DNA from: Chitinivibrionales bacterium
GTDB taxonomy: Bacteria > Fibrobacterota > Chitinivibrionia > Chitinivibrionales > WJKA01
Assembly (NCBI GenBank): GCA_038247415.1
Contig: JBBRUX010000032.1
Span: 1-45,613, forward strand
Direction: 5' to 3'
DNA length: 45,613 bases
A model generated the notes under the pieces. It worked only from the letters and a program-made list of their open reading frames with translations, ran no database searches and was not told the origin of the DNA. Numbering within the stretch: position 1 is the stretch's first letter; every line of letters begins with the position of its first letter. The position numbers and the translations under genes were made by a program. Shown one piece after another: positions 8,679-17,677 of the stretch.

Positions 8679-9323
8679 GTGGATCCTTGTCCGCTTTGCA
8701 ATGCCGATAGCATAGATTCTTCAGGTGCTGTCGGCATGCGGATTTTTATGCACTGTAGCGCGTGCGATCTCTGGTTTGTTCCTCCTCGCTACTTTCTTAG
8801 TGCCCACGCCGAAACGGCCCGATACGATTTACATACCAATAGGTTAGATAACCCAGGCTACTGTGCGTATCTTAAACCTGTTGTTGAGAGTGTCGTTTCT
8901 CTTTGTGCGGAAAAACCAGATCCGTGTGTTTTGGATTTTGGGGCGGGTAAACATGCGGTTGTAAGCCATTTGCTTGCACAGCGTGGTATTTCTGTAGTGG
9001 CGTTTGATCCGCTTTATGGATTAGGTCTCGATTATCACCTCAAAACCTACGATGTGATTCTGGTTCATGAGGTACTCGAGCATATTAAAAATGTGCGGGA
9101 AACGCTTATTCTTTTGGGAAGGCTTTTGCGCAAGGGTGGAAACATGCTCATTCGCACGCAACTTACTCCCAAGGCCGTGCCGCTAGCATTGTGGTGGTAT
9201 GCGCAGGATCCAACACATATCCGGTTATTTTCTAAGCAGTCGCTACACATTGCAGCAGAAATTGCTGGGTGCGAGATTTTTTGTACCAAAGAATCTGAGG
9301 GGATTGTCTTTAGAAGGATATGA
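8679..9323 (+). CDS. Class I SAM-dependent methyltransferase with N-terminal Cys motifs
   Basis: CPLC...CSAC, VLDFGAG, EVLEH and WWYAQDPTH motifs. Confidence 0.85.
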   Translation: MDPCPLCNADSIDSSGAVGMRIFMHCSACDLWFVPPRYFLSAHAETARYDLHTNRLDNPGYCAYLKPVVESVVSLCAEKPDPCVLDFGAGKHAVVSHLLAQRGISVVAFDPLYGLGLDYHLKTYDVILVHEVLEHIKNVRETLILLGRLLRKGGNMLIRTQLTPKAVPLALWWYAQDPTHIRLFSKQSLHIAAEIAGCEIFCTKESEGIVFRRI

Positions 9324-9324
9324 A

Positions 9325-9360
9325 AAAGGGTTTTCGTATCTTGCGAGACGAAAACCCTTT
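9325..9360. terminator. Probable bidirectional intrinsic terminator
   Basis: 13-bp perfect stem AAAGGGTTTTCGT / ACGAAAACCCTTT between convergent genes, with A and T runs at the edges. Confidence 0.8.
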
Positions 9361-9385
9361 GATTTTACTTATTAGAAAAGTAACC

Positions 9386-9661
9386 TTACCAGGATTGCCG
9401 AGGAGGACGAGGACGGTTGGGATCGCGTTCCTGAGCTTCGTTGATACGCAGAGGACGTCCGCCAAAATCCTTTTCATTAAGACCTGCGATAGCTGCATCC
9501 GCATTTTCCATCTCAACAAAGCAGAATCCGCGGGGTCTTCCTGTCGCACGGTCATTGATGATGTTCACAGAAAGAACTTCACCATACTGGCCGAACATGC
9601 CTCTAACTTCTTCTTCCGTGGCACGGAACGGAAGATTACCAACGTACAGCTTCTTTGCCAC
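9386..9661 (-). CDS. RRM (RNP-1) RNA-binding protein
   Basis: RNP2 LYVGNL and RNP1 RGFCFVEM. GTG start at 9661 follows GGAGG. Confidence 0.93.
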   Translation of the reverse strand: MAKKLYVGNLPFRATEEEVRGMFGQYGEVLSVNIINDRATGRPRGFCFVEMENADAAIAGLNEKDFGGRPLRINEAQERDPNRPRPPRQSW

Positions 9662-9903
9662 AACCAACCTCCATATTAAAACAGTAAAGCAATTCCCTGT
9701 TGGTTCCATACCGGAAAACAACAGGTCCGTTGACGTCGCAACGAATTTTGACAGGTATTAATATATATCCGGCACTACCGCAATGTTGCAATTTCAAGTT
9801 TTCGTGCTTCTTGAAACCAAATATCTCGCATTGAAAGCGTTATGGTAGGTATGTATTTTGTAGATAGTGCAGGCAGATTTCGTAATGGCTACGGTACCTC
9901 TGT

Positions 9904-11028
9904 TTGCAGCCCTCCATCAAGGATCTTTCTATTTTGAAGCAGACAATTCTCTACGATGCCCATTGTGCTCTTGGTGCAAAAATGGCTCCTTTTGGCGGAT
10001 ACGCCATGCCAATACAATATACGGGGATTCTCGCAGAGCATGATGCCTGTCGCACGCGGGCCGTAGTGTTTGATACCTGCCATATGGGTGAGTTTTACAT
10101 TCGGGGCGAGCATTCTGTGGCAGACTTAGAATCTCTGGTATCGTGCCCGGTTGCAGATATGAAAGAGGGAACATGTCGCTACGGCTATCTACTTAACAAT
10201 GCCGGTGGCGTGCTCGATGATCAAATTCTATATCGAATGTCAACAGATTCGTTTATGATGGTTGTGAATGCCTCCACGGCGCCAGCCGACGCTGCGTGGA
10301 TTCAATCTCATGTAAGCGCACACACCATGTTTGAAGATGCTTCGGATCGAACCGCAAAAATCGACCTTCAAGGCCCCCTGTCGGCAAAAATAGCTGCTAA
10401 AATTTCAGAAAAATCTATAGAATCTCTGGCGTATTATTCTTTTATTAACTCATCGTTTGAATCAATTCCGCTTCTTATCAGCAGAACCGGCTATACCGGC
10501 GAAATAGGGTTTGAGCTTTATTGCGATGTTTCTGCAGCACGCAAGCTCTGGGATCTACTCATTGCTTTGGGTGCAGAACCTGCCGGGCTTGGCGCCCGCG
10601 ATACGCTGCGGCTTGAAATGGGATATCCCTTGTATGGACATGAATTAAATGCAACGCGTAACGCGCAATGGGCTGGTTTTCATAAGGCGCTTGCCGTGGA
10701 TAAAACTTTCATTGGCGCGCAATCGGTGCGTAATGCTGCGATTCAAACACATTCGCTTGTTGGTATTATGTTATCTGACCGACGTTCTGCACGGGATCAC
10801 GATGCTCTTGTAAATAACGAGGGTGTAGTAATTGGCGAAGTGACAAGCGGGAGTTATTCGCCATCGTGTGGGTGTGGGATTGCACTGGGCTATGTAGAAA
10901 ATGCACGTGCATTGGTTGGGACGAAAATTGGAATCCAAACAGCACGGGGTGTGTTACCCGCAACGGTAGAAAAATTGCCGCTCTATAAACAGGCCACCGG
11001 AAAAAAGAAATTAAAAGAGTTTTTATAA
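9904..11028 (+). CDS. gcvT: Glycine cleavage system aminomethyltransferase T
   Basis: FGGYAMPIQY, FDTCHMG, SRTGYTGEIGFE and GLGARDTLRLEMGYPLYGHE motifs. Exact start uncertain. Confidence 0.96.
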   Translation: MQPSIKDLSILKQTILYDAHCALGAKMAPFGGYAMPIQYTGILAEHDACRTRAVVFDTCHMGEFYIRGEHSVADLESLVSCPVADMKEGTCRYGYLLNNAGGVLDDQILYRMSTDSFMMVVNASTAPADAAWIQSHVSAHTMFEDASDRTAKIDLQGPLSAKIAAKISEKSIESLAYYSFINSSFESIPLLISRTGYTGEIGFELYCDVSAARKLWDLLIALGAEPAGLGARDTLRLEMGYPLYGHELNATRNAQWAGFHKALAVDKTFIGAQSVRNAAIQTHSLVGIMLSDRRSARDHDALVNNEGVVIGEVTSGSYSPSCGCGIALGYVENARALVGTKIGIQTARGVLPATVEKLPLYKQATGKKKLKEFL

Positions 11029-11060
11029 ATCGTATTCACTGTTGCGAGAGGAATTGTGTC

Positions 11061-11441
11061 ATGGTGCCAAAAGATTGTCGTTATGCAAAAACACATGAGT
11101 GGGTCAAAGTCGAAAATGGAGTCGCAACAATTGGAATCTCCGATCATGCACAAGATGCATTAGGGGATATCACTTTTGTAGAATTACCAGCTTTGGGAAA
11201 GGTCCTTGTTGCAGGTAAGGAATGTGGCGTTATCGAATCGGTCAAGGCCGCCTCTGATATTTATGCTCCTCTTTCGGGGACAGTCGTCGAAGTTAATACT
11301 TCGCTTAATCTTAAACCCGAAATCATAAATTCCGAGCCACATGGGAACGGATGGCTTCTTAAATTAACTAATGTAAACGAATCTGAACTGGCACAACTTC
11401 TTGATGCGCCAGGATATGAACATCAGTTGGAGAATGAATAA
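11061..11441 (+). CDS. gcvH: Glycine cleavage system H protein
   Basis: HEWV, LGDITFVELP and the lipoyl-Lys motif ESVKAASD. Confidence 0.97.
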   Translation: MVPKDCRYAKTHEWVKVENGVATIGISDHAQDALGDITFVELPALGKVLVAGKECGVIESVKAASDIYAPLSGTVVEVNTSLNLKPEIINSEPHGNGWLLKLTNVNESELAQLLDAPGYEHQLENE

Positions 11442-12778
11442 TGGGCTATATTGCCAATACTCCTAAGCAGCAAAAGCAAATGCTTGACGCATGCGGGGTT
11501 GAGTCTATTGCCGACCTTTTTTCCGATATCCCAGCTTCCCTTGCTCCTAAGAGCTTTAATCTTCCAAAAGCTAAGTCGGAGCTTGAAGTTCGCAAGCATC
11601 TTGCGGATTTGGCAGGGCGCAATTTTGGTCACCTTACCAATTTTTTGGGTGGCGGCTTCTACGATCATTATATTCCTGCAGCAGTCGATGCTCTTGCTGG
11701 ACGTAGTGAATTTTATACTGCCTATACGCCCTATCAGCCCGAAATTTCTCAAGGCACATTGCAAGCAATTTACGAATATCAAAGTCATATTTGTAGACTC
11801 ACTGGCCTTGATGCTTCCAACGCCTCTTTATATGATGGGGGAACGGCTCTTTTTGAAGCGTGTCAGATGGCACGAACCATTACCGATCGCAGTGGTATAG
11901 TTCTTGATGGTGGGGTAAATCCCATCTATCGCAAAATGGTGTATTCGTATGCTGCCAATTTATCGATGCAGTTTGCCGAAGTTGAAGTTTCCCATGGTCA
12001 AACAAATCGCAAGGATCTCTGTGCCGCAATTAATTCTGGATGTGGAGCTGTGGTTCTGCAAAACCCCAATTTTTTTGGGGTAATCGATGATCATAGCGAT
12101 ATCGTTGCCTATTGCAAAGAACGTGGCATTATCACTATTCAGGTTATTAACCCATTGGCATTAGCAATTCTTAAAACACCAGGGGAAATGGGATTTGATA
12201 TTGCAGTTGGTGAGGGCCAGCCTTTAGGTATTCCACTGAGTTTTGGTGGGCCGTATCTTGGTATAATTGCCGTTCGTAAAGAGCACGTCCGCAAAATGCC
12301 GGGGCGCATTGTCGGTCGAACCGTCGATGCTCAAGGCCGAGATGGCTTTGTCCTTACACTTCAGGCGCGCGAACAACATATTCGCCGTGAGAAAGCAACG
12401 TCTAATATTTGTTCTAATGAAGCGTTGTGTGCGTTGCGTGCGCATATTTACATGAGTGTTATGGGCGCAGAAGGCCTTGTGCAAGTTGCCACCCTGTGCA
12501 CCGACAAGGCAGCCTTCATGAAACAACGGCTCGCAACTGTTAAGGGAGTACGCGTTTTAACCAGCAGTCCAACGTGCTACGAATTTACTATAGAACTTCC
12601 CAAAGATGCCAAGGAAGTTGTAGGTGCCATGATCGAACGAGGTTTTGCAGCTGGATTTCCTTTGGGTCGATACTACCCAGGAATGGACAATTACCTACTT
12701 ATTGCCGTTACCGAAAAAAGAACGCGGTACGAAATTTCTCATTATGTAGAAACACTCGAGGATGTATTATGGGGTTAA
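11441..12778 (+). CDS. gcvPA: Glycine dehydrogenase subunit 1
   Basis: YTAYTPYQPEISQG, NASLYDG and REQHIRREKATSNICSN motifs. Confidence 0.96.
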   Translation: MGYIANTPKQQKQMLDACGVESIADLFSDIPASLAPKSFNLPKAKSELEVRKHLADLAGRNFGHLTNFLGGGFYDHYIPAAVDALAGRSEFYTAYTPYQPEISQGTLQAIYEYQSHICRLTGLDASNASLYDGGTALFEACQMARTITDRSGIVLDGGVNPIYRKMVYSYAANLSMQFAEVEVSHGQTNRKDLCAAINSGCGAVVLQNPNFFGVIDDHSDIVAYCKERGIITIQVINPLALAILKTPGEMGFDIAVGEGQPLGIPLSFGGPYLGIIAVRKEHVRKMPGRIVGRTVDAQGRDGFVLTLQAREQHIRREKATSNICSNEALCALRAHIYMSVMGAEGLVQVATLCTDKAAFMKQRLATVKGVRVLTSSPTCYEFTIELPKDAKEVVGAMIERGFAAGFPLGRYYPGMDNYLLIAVTEKRTRYEISHYVETLEDVLWG

Positions 12779-14220
12779 TATTCGAGAAGTCTGTCCAGGG
12801 CCGTCGTGGCGTAACATTGCCAGAAAACGATACAGGGGTTCATGTTGAAATAGATCCTCGGTATGCTCGCACAAGCGTACCGCCTCTCGTGTCTTTGTCG
12901 GAACTCGATGTAGTTCGCCATTTTACCGAGTTGTCGCGCAAGAATTATGGGGTCGATACCAATTTTTATCCCCTTGGTTCATGTACCATGAAATATAACC
13001 CGAAGGTTCTTGAATCAATAGCCTCAATGCCTGGGTTTGCCGATCTGCATCCCTTGCTTCCCCAGCTACGGCGCGGCGGCATGCTCACACAGGGCGCATT
13101 ATCGGTTATTTACGAATTGGAACAGATGTTGTGTGAAATTTTGGGTATGGATGCGTTTACGCTTCAGCCTATGGCAGGGGCGCATGGCGAACTTACCGGT
13201 ATCATGCTTATTGCGGCGTATCACAAAGCCAAGGGAAACAACAAAACCGAGATTCTCATTCCCGATGAAGCCCATGGAACTAATCCTGCTTCTGCATCGC
13301 TTGCCGGTTTTACGGTGCGAACAATTCCTACAAATAAAGCAACAGGAACTCTGGATTGTGAAATGCTCGCCTCCATGATGACCGACAAGACCGCAGCAGT
13401 TATGATGACAAATCCGAATACGTTGGGGTTATTTAATAGTCAAATAGCATGTATTGCCGATATCGTTCACAAACACGATGCGCTCTTGTACTACGATGGT
13501 GCAAACCTCAATGCTATTTTGGGCAAGTTTCGCCCCGGCGATGCCAATTTTGATGTTGTGCATGTAAATTTGCATAAAACCTTTGCCACGCCGCATGGTG
13601 GTGGTGGCCCTGGGGCTGGTCCTGTGGGGGTTAAAAAACACCTCGAACAATTTTTGCCTATATCGCGTGTTGTTAAGCGGGAAGATGCAACGTACGCACT
13701 CTCCTACGATTTTCCCGATTCCATAGGATATATTGCCCCTTTTTATGGTAATTTTGGCGTGTGTTTGCGGGCCTATGCGTATATAATGCTGTTAGGGAAG
13801 TCTGGGCTTATTGATGTGTCGGAGCAGGCTGTACTTAATGCAAATTATGTCTTGAATAAGCTTAAAGGCGCCTATGAGCCTGCATACGATCGTACCTGCA
13901 TGCACGAATGTGTGTTTACTGCTTCTCGGCAACTGGAAAAAGGCGTTCACGCTATCGACATCGCCAAAGGACTCATCGATCTCAAGTTTCATCCGCCAAC
14001 CATATATTTCCCACTTATTGTTAAAGAAGCAATGATGGTTGAGCCCACGGAAACAGAAAGCAAAGAAACGATCGATGCTTTTATTGAGGCAATGCTTACT
14101 ATTGCTCGTGTGGCAGAAACAGATCCAGAGTCTCTGCATAAAGCACCGATAACAACGCCTGTTGGCAGGCTGGATGAAACCCGGGCTGTAAAGGCTATGG
14201 ATCTTGCCCATTTAGGTTAA
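12769..14220 (+). CDS. gcvPB: Glycine dehydrogenase subunit 2
   Basis: YPLGSCTMKYNP and the PLP-Lys motif NLHKTFATPHGGGGPG. True start is ATG 12769 (MGLIFEKS) after GAGG. Confidence 0.96.
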   Translation: MGLIFEKSVQGRRGVTLPENDTGVHVEIDPRYARTSVPPLVSLSELDVVRHFTELSRKNYGVDTNFYPLGSCTMKYNPKVLESIASMPGFADLHPLLPQLRRGGMLTQGALSVIYELEQMLCEILGMDAFTLQPMAGAHGELTGIMLIAAYHKAKGNNKTEILIPDEAHGTNPASASLAGFTVRTIPTNKATGTLDCEMLASMMTDKTAAVMMTNPNTLGLFNSQIACIADIVHKHDALLYYDGANLNAILGKFRPGDANFDVVHVNLHKTFATPHGGGGPGAGPVGVKKHLEQFLPISRVVKREDATYALSYDFPDSIGYIAPFYGNFGVCLRAYAYIMLLGKSGLIDVSEQAVLNANYVLNKLKGAYEPAYDRTCMHECVFTASRQLEKGVHAIDIAKGLIDLKFHPPTIYFPLIVKEAMMVEPTETESKETIDAFIEAMLTIARVAETDPESLHKAPITTPVGRLDETRAVKAMDLAHLG

Positions 14221-14224
14221 AGAT

Positions 14225-14947
14225 ATGCGAGACCCCCATCATTTCCTTTTTTATGCTTCTCAAGCTTCTGCATCAGAACTTTATTTTGATGCAGAAGAAA
14301 CGCAGCATATTGCATCTGTGCTCAGGTGCAGTGCTGGCAATACCTTGTTTGCTACAGACGGCTGCGGCATCCTTTATACCGGAGTGTTTAAAGGCGCGAC
14401 TAAATCTGGTAGCTCTGCCGATGTTGTTACCTCACAGCGAATAGCTGAGCTTAAACCGTCTCTTACAATGTATGTTGGCCTTCCCCAAAAAGATGCTTTC
14501 GAAAGCGTGCTGGCACAGGTCTGTCCATTAGGCCTAATTGCCATTGTCCCGCTCGTATGCGATGCGAGCCAAAAATCGTGGTGGGATGGATGGGAAAAAC
14601 AAATAAAGCGCTTTGAAACCATTGCAAAAACCGCAACTATGCAATCGCTACAAACCGTATTGCCCAAGCTTTGTGCACCTGTTTTGGTTGATAATTGTGA
14701 TATTTCAGAAGGTCTGGTATGTTTACTTGGTGATGCTGATGGAGTATCTATAAATCATGAAAAGGAACGGTGTTTACGTGCTTCTAAAATTGCACTTTGT
14801 ATAGGACCACCCGGGGGATTTTCCCAACGTGAAAAGGCATTTTTTCTCGATAAAAATGCAGCGATGGTGCGGTTCTCAACCACGCGATTGAGAACCGAAA
14901 CTGCCGCGAGTGCACTGTGCGCAATTGTTAACGCATGGCGGTGCTGA
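14225..14947 (+). CDS. rsmE: 16S rRNA m3U1498 methyltransferase
   Basis: HIASVLR, IGPPGGFS and LRTETAA SPOUT motifs. Confidence 0.88.
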   Translation: MRDPHHFLFYASQASASELYFDAEETQHIASVLRCSAGNTLFATDGCGILYTGVFKGATKSGSSADVVTSQRIAELKPSLTMYVGLPQKDAFESVLAQVCPLGLIAIVPLVCDASQKSWWDGWEKQIKRFETIAKTATMQSLQTVLPKLCAPVLVDNCDISEGLVCLLGDADGVSINHEKERCLRASKIALCIGPPGGFSQREKAFFLDKNAAMVRFSTTRLRTETAASALCAIVNAWRC

Positions 14948-16277
14948 TAAGATTAACAAGCTCAAGAGCTTCTTCTTTAGTTTTTGCCTCGGCGTAGCAA
15001 CGCATAATAGGCTCGGTATTAGATGCCCGTACGTGAACCCAGCCATTCTTCCGAATAATTTTTAATCCATCCTGAGTATCGATTGTTTCATTGGAAAAGA
15101 TCGTGGTAAGCTTTGATAAAACCAACGCTGGATCAAGGCCTGTGCAATCGATTGTTTTTTTGACGAGAGGATACTGAGTAAGCGTTTTTGCAATCTGCGT
15201 CAAGGTGGTTTTTGTTTTTGCCATCAGTTCGATAATTATTGCCATACCTGCAAGTCCATCACGCACGGTGGAGATTTTAGGATAAATCACACCGCCATTG
15301 CCCTCTCCCCCGGCTTTGCACCCATGTTCAATCATGCCCGCAACAACATTGGCTTCGCCAATCTTGGTTCGCCACACTCTAACCCCAAATTCAGCCGCAA
15401 CATCATCGATAACCATTGACGTAGAAAGATTTGTTGCCACATCTGTTTTGTCTACAGCCAAAATGTTTTTAAGAGCAAGCGCGAGGGTAAGTTCTTCGGA
15501 AAGCGGTTCCCCTTTTTCTCCCATGGTAATGAGGCGATCGGCATCGGGATCAAAGCCAAATCCTGCCCAAAAGTCATCGCCATCCGCAAGAAGCTGCGCA
15601 AGCTCTGTGAGGTGTTCAGGCCGTGGCTCTGGATTATGCGCAAAGTCGCCACTGGTAGTGCAATACACCCCTGCATAGGATACATTGAGTCGCTCTAGAA
15701 GACGGGGAAAAACTGCCGAAGCAGCACCATTAATGGCATCGATTCCCACGCGGATACGGGCATTACGAATAAGATTGACATCGAGCGCAGCACAGATGCT
15801 TTCGATATGGGCTGGTGCAGCATCGTATACTTCATCGGCAAAGCCTTCTGCTAATTGAGCATTTGTAAATTCAGGGAGTGATCCTGCCCTATACTGCTCG
15901 TAAACCGTCGTGCATTCCAGTGCATTGCAGAGTCTGCCATCGGCGTGTACCATTTTGTACCCATTATACGGATTAGGGTTGTGGCTGGCAGAAATAATAA
16001 TCCCGCCGCGTGCGCCCCGGTGTTTGGTTGCATGGCACATGGTGGGGGTTGGAGCAATGCCGCAATCGATGGGGGTTCCGCCGGCTGCACGAATACCGCA
16101 AAAAATTGCTTTTGCAAGCATTTCACCCGTTGGACGCGTATCTCGGCCAACGAGGATAACCCCACCCTTCGCAATGCGGGTTTGAACATAGGCAATATGT
16201 GCGAGAAGAAGGGGAGAAAGTGATTCTCCAACAATTCCCCGAATACCCGAAACGGTCATCATTGGTTGTGCGCTCAT
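14928..16277 (-). CDS. Alpha-D-phosphohexomutase (phosphoglucosamine or phosphomannomutase)
   Basis: SGIRG, catalytic SASHNP, DPDADR, GGEGNGG and RASNTEP motifs. Likely start MSAQP at 16277. Confidence 0.92.
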   Translation of the reverse strand: MSAQPMMTVSGIRGIVGESLSPLLLAHIAYVQTRIAKGGVILVGRDTRPTGEMLAKAIFCGIRAAGGTPIDCGIAPTPTMCHATKHRGARGGIIISASHNPNPYNGYKMVHADGRLCNALECTTVYEQYRAGSLPEFTNAQLAEGFADEVYDAAPAHIESICAALDVNLIRNARIRVGIDAINGAASAVFPRLLERLNVSYAGVYCTTSGDFAHNPEPRPEHLTELAQLLADGDDFWAGFGFDPDADRLITMGEKGEPLSEELTLALALKNILAVDKTDVATNLSTSMVIDDVAAEFGVRVWRTKIGEANVVAGMIEHGCKAGGEGNGGVIYPKISTVRDGLAGMAIIIELMAKTKTTLTQIAKTLTQYPLVKKTIDCTGLDPALVLSKLTTIFSNETIDTQDGLKIIRKNGWVHVRASNTEPIMRCYAEAKTKEEALELVNLISTAMR

Positions 16278-16382
16278 AGCTGAAATCCTTTGAATCAATG
16301 GTTTGCATTGTATTTTACTAAGAACGATTTTTAAAAATAGATATCGCTTCACCATGATATGCAAATGCCAGGAGTCGGTCGC

Positions 16383-16928
16383 ATGCCAATAGAGGTCTTA
16401 TATATTATTCCGCTGCTTGCCGTATGTGGGTTTGTTTTGGGCTGGATACTGGTATGGCAAAAGAAGAGTGCACGCTTCCCTTCGCAACAATCAACCGATT
16501 CATACGCGGTAGTTGCGCCAGCTCTAGCCGATAGGCAATCTGCAGCCAGTGGTACAATACAGCAAACAATCGAACTCGTGTCGTCGGCACTTTCTAATCA
16601 GCAAAAACTTATTGAAAAATTGACAGGGGAAGATTCCGGTGTTGCCGTACAAATCAATGAACTAAAAACACGCCTAACCGATCTTCAAAAAGAATTTGAT
16701 GTTGTTGCGAGCGAAAATCTTACGCTGCGTGCTTCTGCTAAAAAGAATTCGCTCGAAAAAACGAGCACACTAACCCTCGCAGCGCTTGCAGGCGATCAAA
16801 GCATCGATGCCCCCCATCGCGATACCGATCGGATCGACACCGCAATCCTACTACGACTTTCTGATACGCAGGAAATAAACCTCGAAGATACCCACGAAAT
16901 TGATCGGGATACGATGCGTCGCACATAG
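16383..16928 (+). CDS. Membrane-anchored coiled-coil hypothetical protein
   Basis: N-terminal TM helix, a heptad-like segment (INELKTRLTDLQKEFDVVASENLTLR) and acidic C-terminal DTxxI repeats. RBS AGGAG precedes 16383. Confidence 0.75.
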   Translation: MPIEVLYIIPLLAVCGFVLGWILVWQKKSARFPSQQSTDSYAVVAPALADRQSAASGTIQQTIELVSSALSNQQKLIEKLTGEDSGVAVQINELKTRLTDLQKEFDVVASENLTLRASAKKNSLEKTSTLTLAALAGDQSIDAPHRDTDRIDTAILLRLSDTQEINLEDTHEIDRDTMRRT

Positions 16929-17149
16929 GTCTTTCGATAATTGTTTACAATTAGTAATGCTTCATCTACGGGATATTTGCCTTCCTCCATGGTAACCCTC
17001 GTTTAAAACGCCGCTTGAGCTGCATTGTGTTAACCACAACAGGTTGTGGTTAAGTTGTTATTGACCACCACTAATCATGCAACCCTTTGAAAATGCACCT
17101 TTATCATATACTGGGCAAGATCAATGCATGATCTTTATTTAAAATAAAG

Positions 17150-17220
17150 TTGACTCTTGGATCTTGGAAAAAGTATTATAATGGGGAGAAATGGGTAATT
17201 TGGGTGAATTGTGGGGAAAC
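17150..17220 (+). promoter_or_regulatory. dcw promoter with MraZ-box-like repeats
   Basis: TTGACT(17150)-18 nt-TATTAT, followed by four TGGG repeats about 10 bp apart (17182, 17192, 17201, 17212) just before mraZ. Confidence 0.75.
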
Positions 17221-17223
17221 GCT

Positions 17224-17673
17224 ATGTCACGCTTTCGCGGACGGTTTGATTACTCGGTCGATGACAAGGGGAGGCTTGCAATGCCAGCGAAATTTCGCAA
17301 GGCATTGAACCCAGAAGCTTCTGAGACGTTTGTCATTGTCCGCGGCCCCAATAACTGTTTGCAAGCCTACCCCGAGGATACTTGGAATATTTTTGAAGAA
17401 AACTTTGAAAAACGAGCATCAACCCCTCAAACCGTTCGGCTACGCCGCGCATTATACGATACCCTCTCCGACTCAAAATTAGATGGACAAGGAAGAATTT
17501 CCCTAACCCCTGAACAGTGTTCTTTGGCGCATCTTGCAACAAAGGTTATTCTCATTGGTCAGGGTTCATTCATCGAAATCTGGGATCCAGAAATATATAC
17601 GGCCTTTCTTGACCAAGGCGAATCATTTGACGATGCATTCTATCAGTCCGTTGCCGATACCCAGAAAACCTAA
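17224..17673 (+). CDS. mraZ: Division/cell-wall cluster transcriptional regulator MraZ
   Basis: FRGRFDYSVDDKGRLAMPAKFR and LDGQGRI repeats, plus IEIWD. Confidence 0.95.
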   Translation: MSRFRGRFDYSVDDKGRLAMPAKFRKALNPEASETFVIVRGPNNCLQAYPEDTWNIFEENFEKRASTPQTVRLRRALYDTLSDSKLDGQGRISLTPEQCSLAHLATKVILIGQGSFIEIWDPEIYTAFLDQGESFDDAFYQSVADTQKT

Positions 17674-17677
17674 GCAG

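Noticed and set aside
9760..9903. Glycine riboswitch upstream of gcvT
   Set aside because: No recognisable GGAGA...CCGAAG...CTCTCAGG aptamer, and the space is shared with the divergent RRM promoter.
12574..12768. N-terminal extensions in the ORF track (gcvPB; similarly rsmH, mraZ, ftsA, RRM, phosphohexomutase)
   Set aside because: They overlap upstream genes or promoters. Downstream starts have RBSs and match the family N-termini.
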